DNA of 64,000 nucleotides from Patescibacteria group bacterium (GTDB lineage Bacteria; Patescibacteriota; JAHJAL01), in assembly GCA_049322675.1 (NCBI GenBank), contig JBMORM010000009.1, positions 158,132 to 222,131 on the forward strand. Reading direction: 5' to 3'. Below the pieces are notes generated by a model. The model saw nothing but the letters and a program-made list of their open reading frames with translations. It did no database searches and was not told where the DNA came from. Made by a program: the position numbers and the translations under genes. How positions within the stretch are numbered: the first letter of the stretch is position 1; each line of letters opens with the position of its first letter. This document shows, piece by piece, positions 38,014-48,017 of this stretch.

Positions 38014-38826
38014 ATGCAAAAATACTTGGATTTGGCAAAAAGAGAAATGGTGATTAGAAATTATAGTCCTAAGACCGTAAAAATATACTTATCGTTTTTA
38101 AATCAATATCTTGCATACAAAAAATCTAATATAGAAAAATATGATGAAGATAATGTCAAAAACTTTATAGCAGAGAAGATAGACAAAAAAGTATCTCCTC
38201 AATCGATAAATCTGGCACTGAATGCGATCAAATTTTTTTATCGCGAAGTAATCAGAATTGGAAATAAAATCAATATTAGAACCGTCAAAAAAGATTGCAA
38301 ATTACCAATCGTTCTAAGCAAGCAAGAAATCGAGGCGGTAATCAATTCTATCAAAAATCCCAAACATAAGATCTTGATTGCCTTGGCTTATGCGGCCGGG
38401 CTGCGGGTAAGTGAAGTAGTGAGTATCAAAGTAAAAGACTTGGATATAAATAATTTGACTATTCATATCAAACAGGCCAAAGGAAAGAAGGATAGATTAT
38501 CTTTGTTGCCCGAAATTCTGACAAATGATTTGAGAAATTTGATAGCTGGAAAGAAAGCTGATGATATTTTGTTTATGAGCGAAAGGGGCGGTAGACTTAC
38601 CACTCGTTCGGCTCAAAAGATTTTTCAAAATGCCTGGCAAAAATCAGGAATAAAAAAAGATGCTACTTTTCATAGTTTGCGCCACAGTTTTGCCACCCAT
38701 CTTTTGGAAAACGGGGTGAATGTTCGTTATGTACAGGAGTTGCTAGGTCATCAAAATATCAGAACTACTCAAATATATACCCATGTCACCAATCCGGCGC
38801 TAAGAAATATCAAAAGTCCTTTATGA
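38014..38826 (+). CDS. Tyrosine recombinase/integrase, integron-integrase-like but short
   Basis: N-terminal SAM-like RNYSPKT; AGLRVSE; AKGKKDR; HSLRHSFATHLLE; VQELLGH; TTQIYTHV. Confidence 0.95.
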   Translation: MQKYLDLAKREMVIRNYSPKTVKIYLSFLNQYLAYKKSNIEKYDEDNVKNFIAEKIDKKVSPQSINLALNAIKFFYREVIRIGNKINIRTVKKDCKLPIVLSKQEIEAVINSIKNPKHKILIALAYAAGLRVSEVVSIKVKDLDINNLTIHIKQAKGKKDRLSLLPEILTNDLRNLIAGKKADDILFMSERGGRLTTRSAQKIFQNAWQKSGIKKDATFHSLRHSFATHLLENGVNVRYVQELLGHQNIRTTQIYTHVTNPALRNIKSPL

Positions 38827-38897
38827 AAACTATTTGACAAAAAAGTTAGAATTATATAACATGGAGTTGATGTTAATTATTTCTAACTAAATAAAGT

Positions 38898-39449
38898 ATG
38901 ATCAATCAAAAAACTTATCTGTGGGCGAGGGTGATTGTGGCGGCGGGTTTGGGAATTGTTATTTCCCAAGCGGTGATTTTTGGGAATTTGATTTTGGCTT
39001 TGGTGTCGATGATCGTGGCTTGGATAATTTTGTTTTACCTGCGAAGCAAAGTCAAAGCGGTGTTGGCGGACGAGCGGGATTATGAGATCGGCGGGACGGC
39101 GGCGCGTTGGGCGATACAGATTTTTTCGATAGTGGCGGTGGTATTTATTTTGATATTTTATACTCAAAGAGGCGTTAATCCCGCTTACGAAGCAATAGCG
39201 GTGACTTTGTCGTACTCAGTTTGTTTTCTAATGGTTTTGTATTCGTTGATATTCAAATTTTATAATCGCCTACTCTGGTTGAAAGGAAAAAATTGGCTGA
39301 TACTGATTGGAACAGTATTGTTGTTGATGATTATTGTCTTTGGTTTGCGACTGCTGAGCGGAGAGGATGATTGGATTTGCCAAAATGGACAGTGGGTAAA
39401 GCACGGCCAACCGGATTGGCCGGCGCCGACTATTGATTGTAAAAAGTAA
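38898..39449 (+). CDS. DUF2178-like membrane protein
   Basis: VLADERD motif, 5 TM segments, C-terminal [17 protein letters not shown]. Confidence 0.8.
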   Translation: MINQKTYLWARVIVAAGLGIVISQAVIFGNLILALVSMIVAWIILFYLRSKVKAVLADERDYEIGGTAARWAIQIFSIVAVVFILIFYTQRGVNPAYEAIAVTLSYSVCFLMVLYSLIFKFYNRLLWLKGKNWLILIGTVLLLMIIVFGLRLLSGEDDWICQNGQWVKHGQPDWPAPTIDCKK

Positions 39450-39453
39450 TATT

Positions 39454-39648
39454 ATGAAAAACAAGATAAAAGAATACAGGACAAAATTGGGGCTGACTCA
39501 GGAAGAGCTGGCGGTAAAAGCGGGAGTGCGGCGGGAGACGATTGTTTTTTTGGAACAAGGAAAATACAATCCTTCATTGGGATTGGCATACAAAGTGGCC
39601 AAGATTTTGCAAACGGGAATTGAAGAATTGTTTGAGTTTGAGAAATAA
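39454..39648 (+). CDS. XRE-family HTH transcriptional regulator
   Basis: [33 protein letters not shown]. Confidence 0.93.
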   Translation: MKNKIKEYRTKLGLTQEELAVKAGVRRETIVFLEQGKYNPSLGLAYKVAKILQTGIEELFEFEK

Positions 39649-39667
39649 AATGACGCAAGAAAACAAT

Positions 39668-39707
39668 AAAACAGCGGCAATAAAATATATTGCCGCTGTG
39701 TTTTTTT
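39668..39707. terminator. Bidirectional terminator
   Basis: acagcggcaata/tattgccgctgt with A and T tails, between convergent genes. Confidence 0.8.
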
Positions 39708-39718
39708 AGGAAGTGAAC

Positions 39719-42409
39719 TTAGGCCCTTTGGGCACGATCAAGGGGAATGTCAATATTGATAAAGGCTTCTTTGTCGGATTTGATTTCAAAAATTTGACCA
39801 CAATACCAATCGACGTCTTTGTTTTTGTTAACTAAAACGCAAGCGTGACTGGGGAAGGAAAAGCCATCTTTTTCAACTTGAATAATATACTTCCCGGGAA
39901 CCACCATGAAAGAGAAGCGACCGGCAAAATCGGTGATTTTGGTTTCTAGGATTCTTTCGTAGGTTGGATCAATAATTTTGACGATGGCTGCTTCAACGGG
40001 CAAACCGGTTTTGGCGTCGTAGATGATACCCCAGGGTTTGGGCTTGATATTCAATTTGTAAATCGTGTAGATGAGAGCCATGAGGTACGTCAACATGACA
40101 AAATAATTGATGATTCCGCCATGCATAAGAACTATCGCGATGCTAACTATGAAACCAAGAGAAAGAAGGGGAAAGGAAATTTGTCCGAGATAATAACGAA
40201 GTTTGCGTAAATTGTATTTGTGTTTGGAGATAAGTTGTTGGTGAACCGACTCTTTGGGAGTGATGGGAATATTTAAATTGATTATCTCGTCATCATTTTT
40301 GATTTCGATTTGTCCGCCCAGGTAGAGGTTGCCATAACGTCCGTCGTATTGACCGTATTCGCCACGGGCGGGGAAAAGATAATTTTGTCGGCTGACTTGG
40401 ATAATATATTTTCCTTTTTTTACCAGAAACCCATATCGCCCGTTTTTGTCAGTAACTTTGCTTTCAACATACTTCTTTGTTTTGGCTTCATATAATCTGA
40501 CGATGGCCAAATCAAGCGGGGATTTTGTATCCGAGTCATATACCACTCCCCAAGGGCTACGTTTGGGAAAGATACCTAGCCAACTAGCCAATTGATTTAA
40601 TCCAAATAGCAAGAAACTGAAAATTTCAAAGATGAGTCCAAACAGAGAATATCCGATCAAAACAACCGCGCTCCAGAAAGCCACTTGTTCGACAGGATTT
40701 ACGATTTTGTCGGAAATGTTTTGGCGGAGATATTGTCGAATCCTAGTAGTGGAAGGCAATTTGGATACTATTTCAGCCGGAAGGGGTGTTATTTTTAATC
40801 TTTCAATGTTGCTTGGCAAACTGATAAACCCGTACTGATTGTTGACGACTGAATAGATTGAATATTCGTTGGGGGCAAGGTCGTTGATAAAGTTGTATTC
40901 ATAGAATCCATACTGATCGGATTTAACGTAGTAGATGCGGAAAGAATCCTGATTATAAACATAGATACTGATATCACTATTGGGAGCAGCAGTGCCTTTG
41001 ATCTTGGTTGAGCCTTGTTCGTCGATTTCGTTGGGGGTCAATTTGATAGTGGGTGGCATGATTACATAAACCGGCTTTTCAAATTTGACCGTGTCTTCAT
41101 CGATAATAATATCTATATCTGGAGGATAGATACCGAGATTAGAAAAATAACTGACCAGATTGGTTTTGAATTCGTCAATTGTGCCGAAACTAAAGATCAT
41201 TTCAAATTTGCCATCGACGTCGGCAAATACATTTTGTTCACTGATTTCGTTGGTACCCGAGACGGATGAATTTGGAAAAGTCCAGCCAACAATGGGGACA
41301 TAATATGGTTTTACTTCGGTTCCACCTGGAGTGCCGGGTGTGGTTGGCGTGGTTGGTTGGGTGGTTGGAGGTTGAATGGTTGGTGGGGGTGGTGGTGGAG
41401 GAGGCGGTGGGGGTGGTGGAGTGACATTGCCTGGACATACTCCGCCGCAACCATCGGGACAAGTTTGACCGATATAAGTATTGCCCGAACAAGAGCAGTT
41501 GGGGGTACATATTTCTTCCGGGGGCAGGGTTCCGGGACAAATACCGCCGCAACCGTCGGGGCAGGTTTGGCCGATATAGGTATAGTTTGAACAAGAACAG
41601 TTTGGCGTGCAGACAGTTTCAATCGGCGGAGTAACACCTCCGCCAGGAGGAGTGGTTGACTGAGCAATAATATAATCCAATACATAGGAAGATGACGCTT
41701 TATTGCTCATGGCATCTTCGCAACGCATATATACGGTTTTCGAGCCAAGTCCTGTCAGGTTTAGGTCGCATTGGGTAGTTGACAAACAAGTGTTTGTCAT
41801 AGAGTCAAAATCAGTATCAATAATATCCCATTTGCAAGTAGATGCTACCGGCGAGGTAGTGTATTGAACCAAAGTTGAACCATTGTCGGAATAGTCATAA
41901 TAAGGAGAAGTATTGTCTCCAGCGACGCTTACAATAGTGATGACCGGCGCAGGAGAAACAGTAAATGTACCAACAAAATCATCGGCGATATCAATCGGAT
42001 TGCCAGGATAAGTGGTGTCGGTACCGGTAACAGTAACAGTACCGGCAACGAGCGAAGTCAACGTGGCAGTAGTAACACCGGAAGCATTGGTGGGTAAAGT
42101 TGGTCCGACGATAATGGCGCCAGGTAAACCAGCGGTGTGTAAATCTACTGTGTGTCCCGAGAGCGGTGCTCCACCAAATCCTCTAATGGTTACGGTAATA
42201 GTTATTGTGTCCCCCAATTGAACCGAAGGAGGAATACCGTCAATGGTAGAGTTGGAGATAATCGCGTCCGCCAAAGAAAAAACTTCAACGGTGACATCCG
42301 ATGAAGATGAAGATTGAGCATTTACATTGGTAAAAAATGGTAAAAGGAAGATCTGTAAAACCAGAAATATTTTTACAAAAATATCGGATAATTTTTTTTG
42401 ATTTTTCAT
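39719..42409 (-). CDS. Cell-surface membrane protein with Ig-like domains, Cys-rich repeats, Pro-rich linker and carboxypeptidase-regulatory-like domains
   Basis: Signal peptide; two CTPNCSCS..YIGQTCPDGCGG.CPG repeats; poly-P; two PWG..YD..T..P..A.V modules. Confidence 0.85.
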   Translation of the reverse strand: MKNQKKLSDIFVKIFLVLQIFLLPFFTNVNAQSSSSSDVTVEVFSLADAIISNSTIDGIPPSVQLGDTITITVTIRGFGGAPLSGHTVDLHTAGLPGAIIVGPTLPTNASGVTTATLTSLVAGTVTVTGTDTTYPGNPIDIADDFVGTFTVSPAPVITIVSVAGDNTSPYYDYSDNGSTLVQYTTSPVASTCKWDIIDTDFDSMTNTCLSTTQCDLNLTGLGSKTVYMRCEDAMSNKASSSYVLDYIIAQSTTPPGGGVTPPIETVCTPNCSCSNYTYIGQTCPDGCGGICPGTLPPEEICTPNCSCSGNTYIGQTCPDGCGGVCPGNVTPPPPPPPPPPPPPTIQPPTTQPTTPTTPGTPGGTEVKPYYVPIVGWTFPNSSVSGTNEISEQNVFADVDGKFEMIFSFGTIDEFKTNLVSYFSNLGIYPPDIDIIIDEDTVKFEKPVYVIMPPTIKLTPNEIDEQGSTKIKGTAAPNSDISIYVYNQDSFRIYYVKSDQYGFYEYNFINDLAPNEYSIYSVVNNQYGFISLPSNIERLKITPLPAEIVSKLPSTTRIRQYLRQNISDKIVNPVEQVAFWSAVVLIGYSLFGLIFEIFSFLLFGLNQLASWLGIFPKRSPWGVVYDSDTKSPLDLAIVRLYEAKTKKYVESKVTDKNGRYGFLVKKGKYIIQVSRQNYLFPARGEYGQYDGRYGNLYLGGQIEIKNDDEIINLNIPITPKESVHQQLISKHKYNLRKLRYYLGQISFPLLSLGFIVSIAIVLMHGGIINYFVMLTYLMALIYTIYKLNIKPKPWGIIYDAKTGLPVEAAIVKIIDPTYERILETKITDFAGRFSFMVVPGKYIIQVEKDGFSFPSHACVLVNKNKDVDWYCGQIFEIKSDKEAFINIDIPLDRAQRA

Positions 42410-42486
42410 TTTTGTTTTTGATTTTTTGACTTGGGGGCCGGCACTTTTTTGAAGGAAATGCCGGTCACCCAAATCAAATAATGATT

Positions 42487-43458
42487 TTATTGTTTCATTT
42501 CTTCTTTAATCTCTTTTGATAGTTCGTCTTTGTAGCTTTTTGACGACATTTTGATAAAGAGAATGATCAAAATAACGATAATAATAATGATGACTATGGT
42601 TGTGAAATGGTAGTCACCAAAACTATAGCTTTCTTTGAAAACCTGTTTGCTATTGCCAAAGGTACCTTCGACAGTTGCAGTGTATTTGCCATACAAAGAA
42701 CCTTTTGGGTTCCAAGTGGTGGTCATCTTGCGAGTACTGCCAGGAACAACGTTTTTTCCTTCCAGTTGAATTTCGTCAACTTGAGTACCCATCCAGTTGG
42801 TGATTTTGATAGTTCCGACCGGTTTGAAATGAGTGTTACCGGTATTGCTAAAACGAAGATCAAAGTTTACAACCGGGGTGTTGGTTTTTTCATCTTTGGT
42901 GATGCCTTTGGTGCTAAATTCGACAACCTTTCCTGATTCAGTTGCATTACCGTTGACGTTTAGCAAAATCAAAGAACCGACACCGCTTTCTACTTTAAGT
43001 TGGGTTGATTCAGGGGAACCTTCTGCAGCCTTAGTTACAAAAACTACAGTACCATAATGTCCACCAGGATTGGCGGAAGTAGGGATATTGATGGTAAATT
43101 TTACATCATCTTTTTGGCCAGGTTCCAAACTGACTGATTCTTTGTTGAAAGTGATCCAGTCCATAACAGCGTATGGAGTGTCATCTTTGGTTAGAGATGG
43201 TAAGCCTTCTTCATTGCCTTCTTTGGGCAAAAAGTTTTGAGCTTCTGGATATAAAGTGAGTTTTTCGGAACCCGGGTTGGAAACGGTAATAATACCGGAC
43301 AATGCTTCACCAGGATTGGCGGTTAGATTGTCAAATAATGCGGGTGAAATTTTGATGGTAGTGCCGCCAGTTTGAGCCAAACCCAATTGGACGGACGACA
43401 AGGTCAAAACGGTGACCAATGATAATGCTAGGATTGAAAATATTGATTTATTTTTCAT
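42487..43458 (-). CDS. DUF916-like surface protein with C-terminal TM anchor
   Basis: Signal peptide, ISPA, IP..ANPGGHYG, F.NTGNTHFKP.G.I, C-terminal TM. Confidence 0.8.
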   Translation of the reverse strand: MKNKSIFSILALSLVTVLTLSSVQLGLAQTGGTTIKISPALFDNLTANPGEALSGIITVSNPGSEKLTLYPEAQNFLPKEGNEEGLPSLTKDDTPYAVMDWITFNKESVSLEPGQKDDVKFTINIPTSANPGGHYGTVVFVTKAAEGSPESTQLKVESGVGSLILLNVNGNATESGKVVEFSTKGITKDEKTNTPVVNFDLRFSNTGNTHFKPVGTIKITNWMGTQVDEIQLEGKNVVPGSTRKMTTTWNPKGSLYGKYTATVEGTFGNSKQVFKESYSFGDYHFTTIVIIIIIVILIILFIKMSSKSYKDELSKEIKEEMKQ

Positions 43459-43499
43459 TGCCTTCCTTTAAAATTAGTAAGAATATTTCGACCTAATAA

Positions 43500-44633
43500 T
43501 TAAAACGTAGCGGTACAAATGTACATCAAAGTATTTGAGTAAATACCCGCTTCTTGGAGGTTGGTAACTTCCAATTTGTAGCTGACGATATCTTCCTCGC
43601 CACTGACTGATCCACTAGCTCGAGCTACTTCATATGGAGTGTCGTTGGCCTGATAGCCAGCAAATTTGTAGCTATCATACAAACCGGTATGAGCGTCAGT
43701 GTCATCGCTGGTAAAACCAAAATAACCTTTGTGAGTTGTTGGCGTGGCATCTTTGGGTTGAGCCCAAACTTCAGGAGTGGTATAGGTATTGGCATTTCCG
43801 TCGGTGCCTTTGAAAGCATCAATTGTCTTGGCAGCAGCGGAAGTAAGATTTTGATTTTGTTGGACTGTTACAACATATCCACCGCTAGCATTGGTTGAAA
43901 CGGTTAGTCTTTGGCAACCAACTTTGGGGACATCGACGGTCATACTACCAAAAGGAATAGAAGTAGATGTGGTAGTAATGTCGGCAGTGCCGGTAGCAGA
44001 TGAATTTGGACAGTTACCGGCGCCACTGGCGATACCGGCAATGGCAAAAGTCAAACTAGATTGAACGGTAGCAGTAACTTGAATTGAACTATTGATATTG
44101 ACTGACAAAGTACCGGTGTCTGAAACGTCGGCATCAGTATCAAAAGCTCCAACTGCGATTTGATAAGATTGAGAAGATCCAGCTGGGGTTGGATTGGTAA
44201 TTTGGTTGGTACCACCGGCAGCATTGGTTCCGATTTCGATTTTCACCGAGTCTCCGGCACCCAAACTAACTGATGAACCAAAATGGAAAGTCATAACTCG
44301 ATCATTGAGTTCGTAACCGACTTCGGCGGCCGCTGGCGCGTCACCATCAACAACTGTTTGATCAACACCGTCCAATTCAACATCGACATCGCCGAAAGCG
44401 ATTGATGAAATTGTAAAATCGGGTGAAGCCGGCCAGGTAATGTCAATTTCGGCGTCGTCCCCGCTGATTGCGCTAGGAACATTGAAATCAAAAGTATGGT
44501 TTGAAACAACTGTTGGCGCACTATTAGTTAGTGTGTCCTTAAGACTTGTCAAACTCGCCGCTTTGGCCACAGGTAGATAAGAAAGTAACAAGGCCAGACA
44601 AGCAAAAAGTGGCAGAATTTTTTTTATTTTCAT
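43500..44633 (-). CDS. Secreted surface protein (WxL-like C-terminus)
   Basis: Signal peptide, VTATVQSSLTFAI, VSTNASGGY, AGIYSNTLMYICTATF. Confidence 0.75.
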   Translation of the reverse strand: MKIKKILPLFACLALLLSYLPVAKAASLTSLKDTLTNSAPTVVSNHTFDFNVPSAISGDDAEIDITWPASPDFTISSIAFGDVDVELDGVDQTVVDGDAPAAAEVGYELNDRVMTFHFGSSVSLGAGDSVKIEIGTNAAGGTNQITNPTPAGSSQSYQIAVGAFDTDADVSDTGTLSVNINSSIQVTATVQSSLTFAIAGIASGAGNCPNSSATGTADITTTSTSIPFGSMTVDVPKVGCQRLTVSTNASGGYVVTVQQNQNLTSAAAKTIDAFKGTDGNANTYTTPEVWAQPKDATPTTHKGYFGFTSDDTDAHTGLYDSYKFAGYQANDTPYEVARASGSVSGEEDIVSYKLEVTNLQEAGIYSNTLMYICTATF

Positions 44634-44910
44634 AGTTTTTACCCTTTTTAATTGCGCTATTAAGATATAAAATTTGTAAATTTAGTGAGAATATATTTAT
44701 CGACCAAAAAAATATAAATTTTTTCTCATTCTGCTATATACGTTATCAAATTGTGATGAAGTGTCAATTGAGGATAACTTTATATTTGATAAAATATTAT
44801 CTGGTTATTGTAACATCTTTTAAAAATTATTGCAAGCCTGTTGTCTTCCAAGAAATATTTGACTTTATCGTCTTATTTTGGCAATCTGAGTATATACGTT
44901 TGTATGTTGT

Positions 44911-44983
44911 GCCGAGATAGCTCAGTTGGTAGAGCAAAGGACTGAAAATCCTTGTGTCGCCAGTTCGATCCTGGCTCTCGGCA
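44911..44983 (+). tRNA. tRNA-Phe(GAA)
   Basis: gccgaga/tctcggc acceptor stem, D-arm agctcagttggtagagc, anticodon loop ctGAAaa, T-arm gttcgatcc; CCA not encoded. Confidence 0.97.
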
Positions 44984-45015
44984 TTTTTTTTCGACAATAC
45001 ATTATATATAATACG

Positions 45016-45438
45016 ATGAATTTTAAATCTTTTATTGATTGGAATTACTATTTTTCCAGTTCACCTGCGAGTGGTAATTTTAAATTTTTAATTCCTTTAT
45101 TGATTGTATTTGGGTTGCTTTTGTTGGTGGGAATATTTTTTAAATATTCGCTGTCGATTCGAGAAAGGGAAAAAAAGTACAATAAAATTTTGGGGGATAA
45201 AATTTTTTCTTCGTTATTAAATATTTTTATTGCCAGTTATGCCTATTTGTTTTTCAGGTACGAAGGAATAAGATTTTTGTCATCAAGATTTTGGCTAGTC
45301 TTAATTGTTGTTTGGTTCATATGGTCTGGTTATCAGTTGTGGATTTTTTACTCAAATGATTATCAAAAAATGAAAAAAAGCTTTGAGTCCAGAAGCCAAA
45401 CCAAGGTTTATAAGCCAAAGCGCAAGAAGAGAAAGTAG
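45016..45438 (+). CDS. Hypothetical membrane protein
   Basis: 3 TM segments, FFRYEGIRFLSSRFW, basic tail; ATG is downstream of the tRNA. Confidence 0.8.
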   Translation: MNFKSFIDWNYYFSSSPASGNFKFLIPLLIVFGLLLLVGIFFKYSLSIREREKKYNKILGDKIFSSLLNIFIASYAYLFFRYEGIRFLSSRFWLVLIVVWFIWSGYQLWIFYSNDYQKMKKSFESRSQTKVYKPKRKKRK

Positions 45439-45479
45439 TTTTTTAGTTTGTATTTTATTTGTTTAAATATTTTATCAAA

Positions 45480-46802
45480 ATGACTCAAGACAACACGATT
45501 ACCACCAATCCTCAGACCATGAAGGATTTATTGGAGTCAACCGGTTGGGATTTTAAAATCTATCAAACCGGAGATGTAGTTAAAGGCAGAGTAATTGACG
45601 TTTCCCAAAATAAAGTCTGGCTGGATATCGGAGGAAAATCTCTTGGAGTTATCCCCAAGAGAGAATTATTGGAAGAAAAAGGATTGAAGGACATTGAAAT
45701 CAACGAAGAGCTTTGCACATATGTTTTGGCACCGGAAAATGATGATGGTTATGCTGTATTATCCCTAAGAAGAGCAATACGAGAAAAGGCTTGGGAAGAA
45801 TTGAAAGACAAGTTTGATAAGCAGGAAAATGTTCAAGTGAGGGTAGTGGAAGCCAACAAGGGTGGGTTGTTGGTGGATATACACGGAGTGAGAGGATTTT
45901 TACCGGTTTCACAACTCAAACCAGAAAATTATCCTCGAGTAGAAGGCGGGAACAAAGAAGAAATCAGAGAAAAACTTTCAAAGTTTGTGAGCAAGGATTT
46001 ACAAGTTCGTATAATTGCTTTTGAAAGAGCGACCAATAAGTTGATTATGTCAGAAAAAGCGGTTCCTGATGCGAAACAAAAAGAGATTGAAGAAAATTAT
46101 CAAATTGGCGATGCGGTTGAAGGAATGATTAGTGGAATTGTTGATTTTGGTGCTTTCATGAAGTTTGATGGCGTAGAAGGTTTGATACATATTTCTGAGA
46201 TTACTTGGGGTAGAGTTGACAAGATTGATGATTATTTGAAAGTCGGCGATCAAGTCAAAGCCATGTTGATCGGACTGGAAAATGGTCGTATTTCTTTGTC
46301 AATCAAACGTCTTCAGTCTGATCCATGGGTCAAGATGATGCAAAAATATGCTGTTGGGGATATTGTTGAAGGTGAGATAAGTAAAATTACTCCTTTTGGT
46401 GCTTTTGCCACAATTGATTCCACTATTGATGGTTTGGTTCATATTTCTGAATTGTCTAGCAAACGGGTAGTGAATCCAGCGGAAGTGGTAAAAGTAGGCG
46501 AGCATCATAAGTTTAAAATTATTTCCATTGAAGCCGACAACCATCGACTGGGCCTGAGTTTGAAGGCTGTAACCGAACCAGAGGAGGAAAAGAAAGAGGA
46601 AAAAGATGATGCTGAGAAAAAATCCTCCGATGTTGACCCTTTGATGGAAATTGACGGAATTACCGCCAAGGTGACAGAGAATTTGCACAAAGGAGGAATA
46701 TCAACCGTCGAGCAATTGAAAAAAATCTCTAAAGAGGATTTGTTGAAGATAGATGGAATTGGTGAAAAGACCGCGGAAAAAATAATCGAGGCGGTGAAAT
46801 AG
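45480..46802 (+). CDS. rpsA: 30S ribosomal protein S1 (4 S1 repeats) with a C-terminal helix-hairpin-helix domain
   Basis: GDVVKG, NKGGL..GFLPVSQL, EGLIHISEI, DGLVHISEL; tail EIDGIT..KIDGIGEKTAEKI. Confidence 0.93.
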   Translation: MTQDNTITTNPQTMKDLLESTGWDFKIYQTGDVVKGRVIDVSQNKVWLDIGGKSLGVIPKRELLEEKGLKDIEINEELCTYVLAPENDDGYAVLSLRRAIREKAWEELKDKFDKQENVQVRVVEANKGGLLVDIHGVRGFLPVSQLKPENYPRVEGGNKEEIREKLSKFVSKDLQVRIIAFERATNKLIMSEKAVPDAKQKEIEENYQIGDAVEGMISGIVDFGAFMKFDGVEGLIHISEITWGRVDKIDDYLKVGDQVKAMLIGLENGRISLSIKRLQSDPWVKMMQKYAVGDIVEGEISKITPFGAFATIDSTIDGLVHISELSSKRVVNPAEVVKVGEHHKFKIISIEADNHRLGLSLKAVTEPEEEKKEEKDDAEKKSSDVDPLMEIDGITAKVTENLHKGGISTVEQLKKISKEDLLKIDGIGEKTAEKIIEAVK

Positions 46803-46825
46803 CTATTTTGGTAAAATATTCTATT

Positions 46826-46858
46826 AAAAAAACTATCAGACAACCTGATAGTTTTTTT
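46826..46858. terminator. Bidirectional terminator
   Basis: aaaaaaactatcag-acaac-ctgatagttttttt. Confidence 0.85.
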
Positions 46859-46863
46859 AAAAA

Positions 46864-47145
46864 TTATTGTTTCTTTAAATTATCTAAAAATATTTTACTA
46901 AAATCAGAGATGGCTGCGGCTGGAATTTTGGTTTTGAGGCGATGAGAGAATGCGTTTCTTTTGATTGCCTGGCGAAGGCAGTTTTCGTTGGGGCAAATAT
47001 GCGCTCCCCTACCCTCTTTTTTGTGATTAAGATGGGAAGAAATATTAATTTTTTTGCCGTCAAAACAAATACGAAGGAAATTGTTTTGATGATTGGTTTG
47101 GCCGCAACCTATACAAGTGCGTTGATGTTTTATTTTGCCGGTCAT
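46864..47145 (-). CDS. ylxR: YlxR/DUF448 family RNA-binding protein
   Basis: RTCIGC, LRI, GRGAHIC..C, AF.HRLK. Confidence 0.85.
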   Translation of the reverse strand: MTGKIKHQRTCIGCGQTNHQNNFLRICFDGKKINISSHLNHKKEGRGAHICPNENCLRQAIKRNAFSHRLKTKIPAAAISDFSKIFLDNLKKQ

Positions 47146-47147
47146 AT

Positions 47148-47909
47148 TTATCGCTTATCAAATTTTAGAGTATTTTGTTGGGGAAAAATGTCATTAATAT
47201 TTATCAAGTCAAGAAATGATTGATATATTTTTTCCGGGGTATATATTTCAATTTTTTTGTTGTATTCATTGACTAAAAGTGTATTTTCTTCGACGAGCAG
47301 GTTGTATTCATCAACCAATTGATTGTAGCTAACCAGTTGATTTTCGGCTGATAATTTGTCCATGTTTTGTTTGAGACTGGAAAGTTTGGTCTTGTTTTCA
47401 TTGATTTTTTTATATTTTTCGATCAATGAAATAGCTTCGTTGAAAGTAGTTTGGAGGTTATCTAGATTTTGTGTTTGATTATTTGATTGATAATACTCTC
47501 TAATTTCTGTTTGATTGATAAAATCGTTGTACTCTTGTCGAGTTTTTTTGAGAGCATCCTGGTTGTTGTTTTTGTAGGCAGCATCAAATTCTTCCAGCCA
47601 AATGAAATGAAGACAAGATAAACTTTTTTTTAGAATTGTTTGATAGTCTGGAGAGGAAACTGCGCTATTTTTGTTATCAGAAAAAATTTGTTGAAGACTG
47701 TTTTTGATACTTTCCTTGCTGTCGTGCAGTAGATCGAGGTTGATATTGCTATTATCGTAAACATGATTGGAGTCGCTGATTTGTTGTACATGTATCGAAA
47801 CTTTGTTGATTTGGGAATTGATATTTTTGGTTGCCTGACTGGACGGAAGATTAGCGCCACAGCCGATCAAAAACAGGGAGGAGAAAAGCACAAGCATTTT
47901 TTTGAACAT
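47148..47909 (-). CDS. Putative lipoprotein
   Basis: Lipobox LIGC after a hydrophobic signal; coiled coil. Confidence 0.75.
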   Translation of the reverse strand: MFKKMLVLFSSLFLIGCGANLPSSQATKNINSQINKVSIHVQQISDSNHVYDNSNINLDLLHDSKESIKNSLQQIFSDNKNSAVSSPDYQTILKKSLSCLHFIWLEEFDAAYKNNNQDALKKTRQEYNDFINQTEIREYYQSNNQTQNLDNLQTTFNEAISLIEKYKKINENKTKLSSLKQNMDKLSAENQLVSYNQLVDEYNLLVEENTLLVNEYNKKIEIYTPEKIYQSFLDLININDIFPQQNTLKFDKR

Positions 47910-48017
47910 TTTTTTGTCGGTTTTAAAGATAATCTTTCTTTATTATATTTTTAGTTTTGGATAAAATAAAGATATGATTGCTAACTATGAATATTTTATT
48001 GGTTAAACAAAACACAA

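Noticed and set aside
38845-38887. Palindromic operator for the XRE regulator (gttagaattatataac / gttaattatttctaac)
   Set aside because: Plausible, but short and AT-rich; not supported enough to list as a feature
44926-45015. N-terminal extension of ORF 44926..45438
   Set aside because: It overlaps tRNA-Phe; the real start is probably the ATG at 45016
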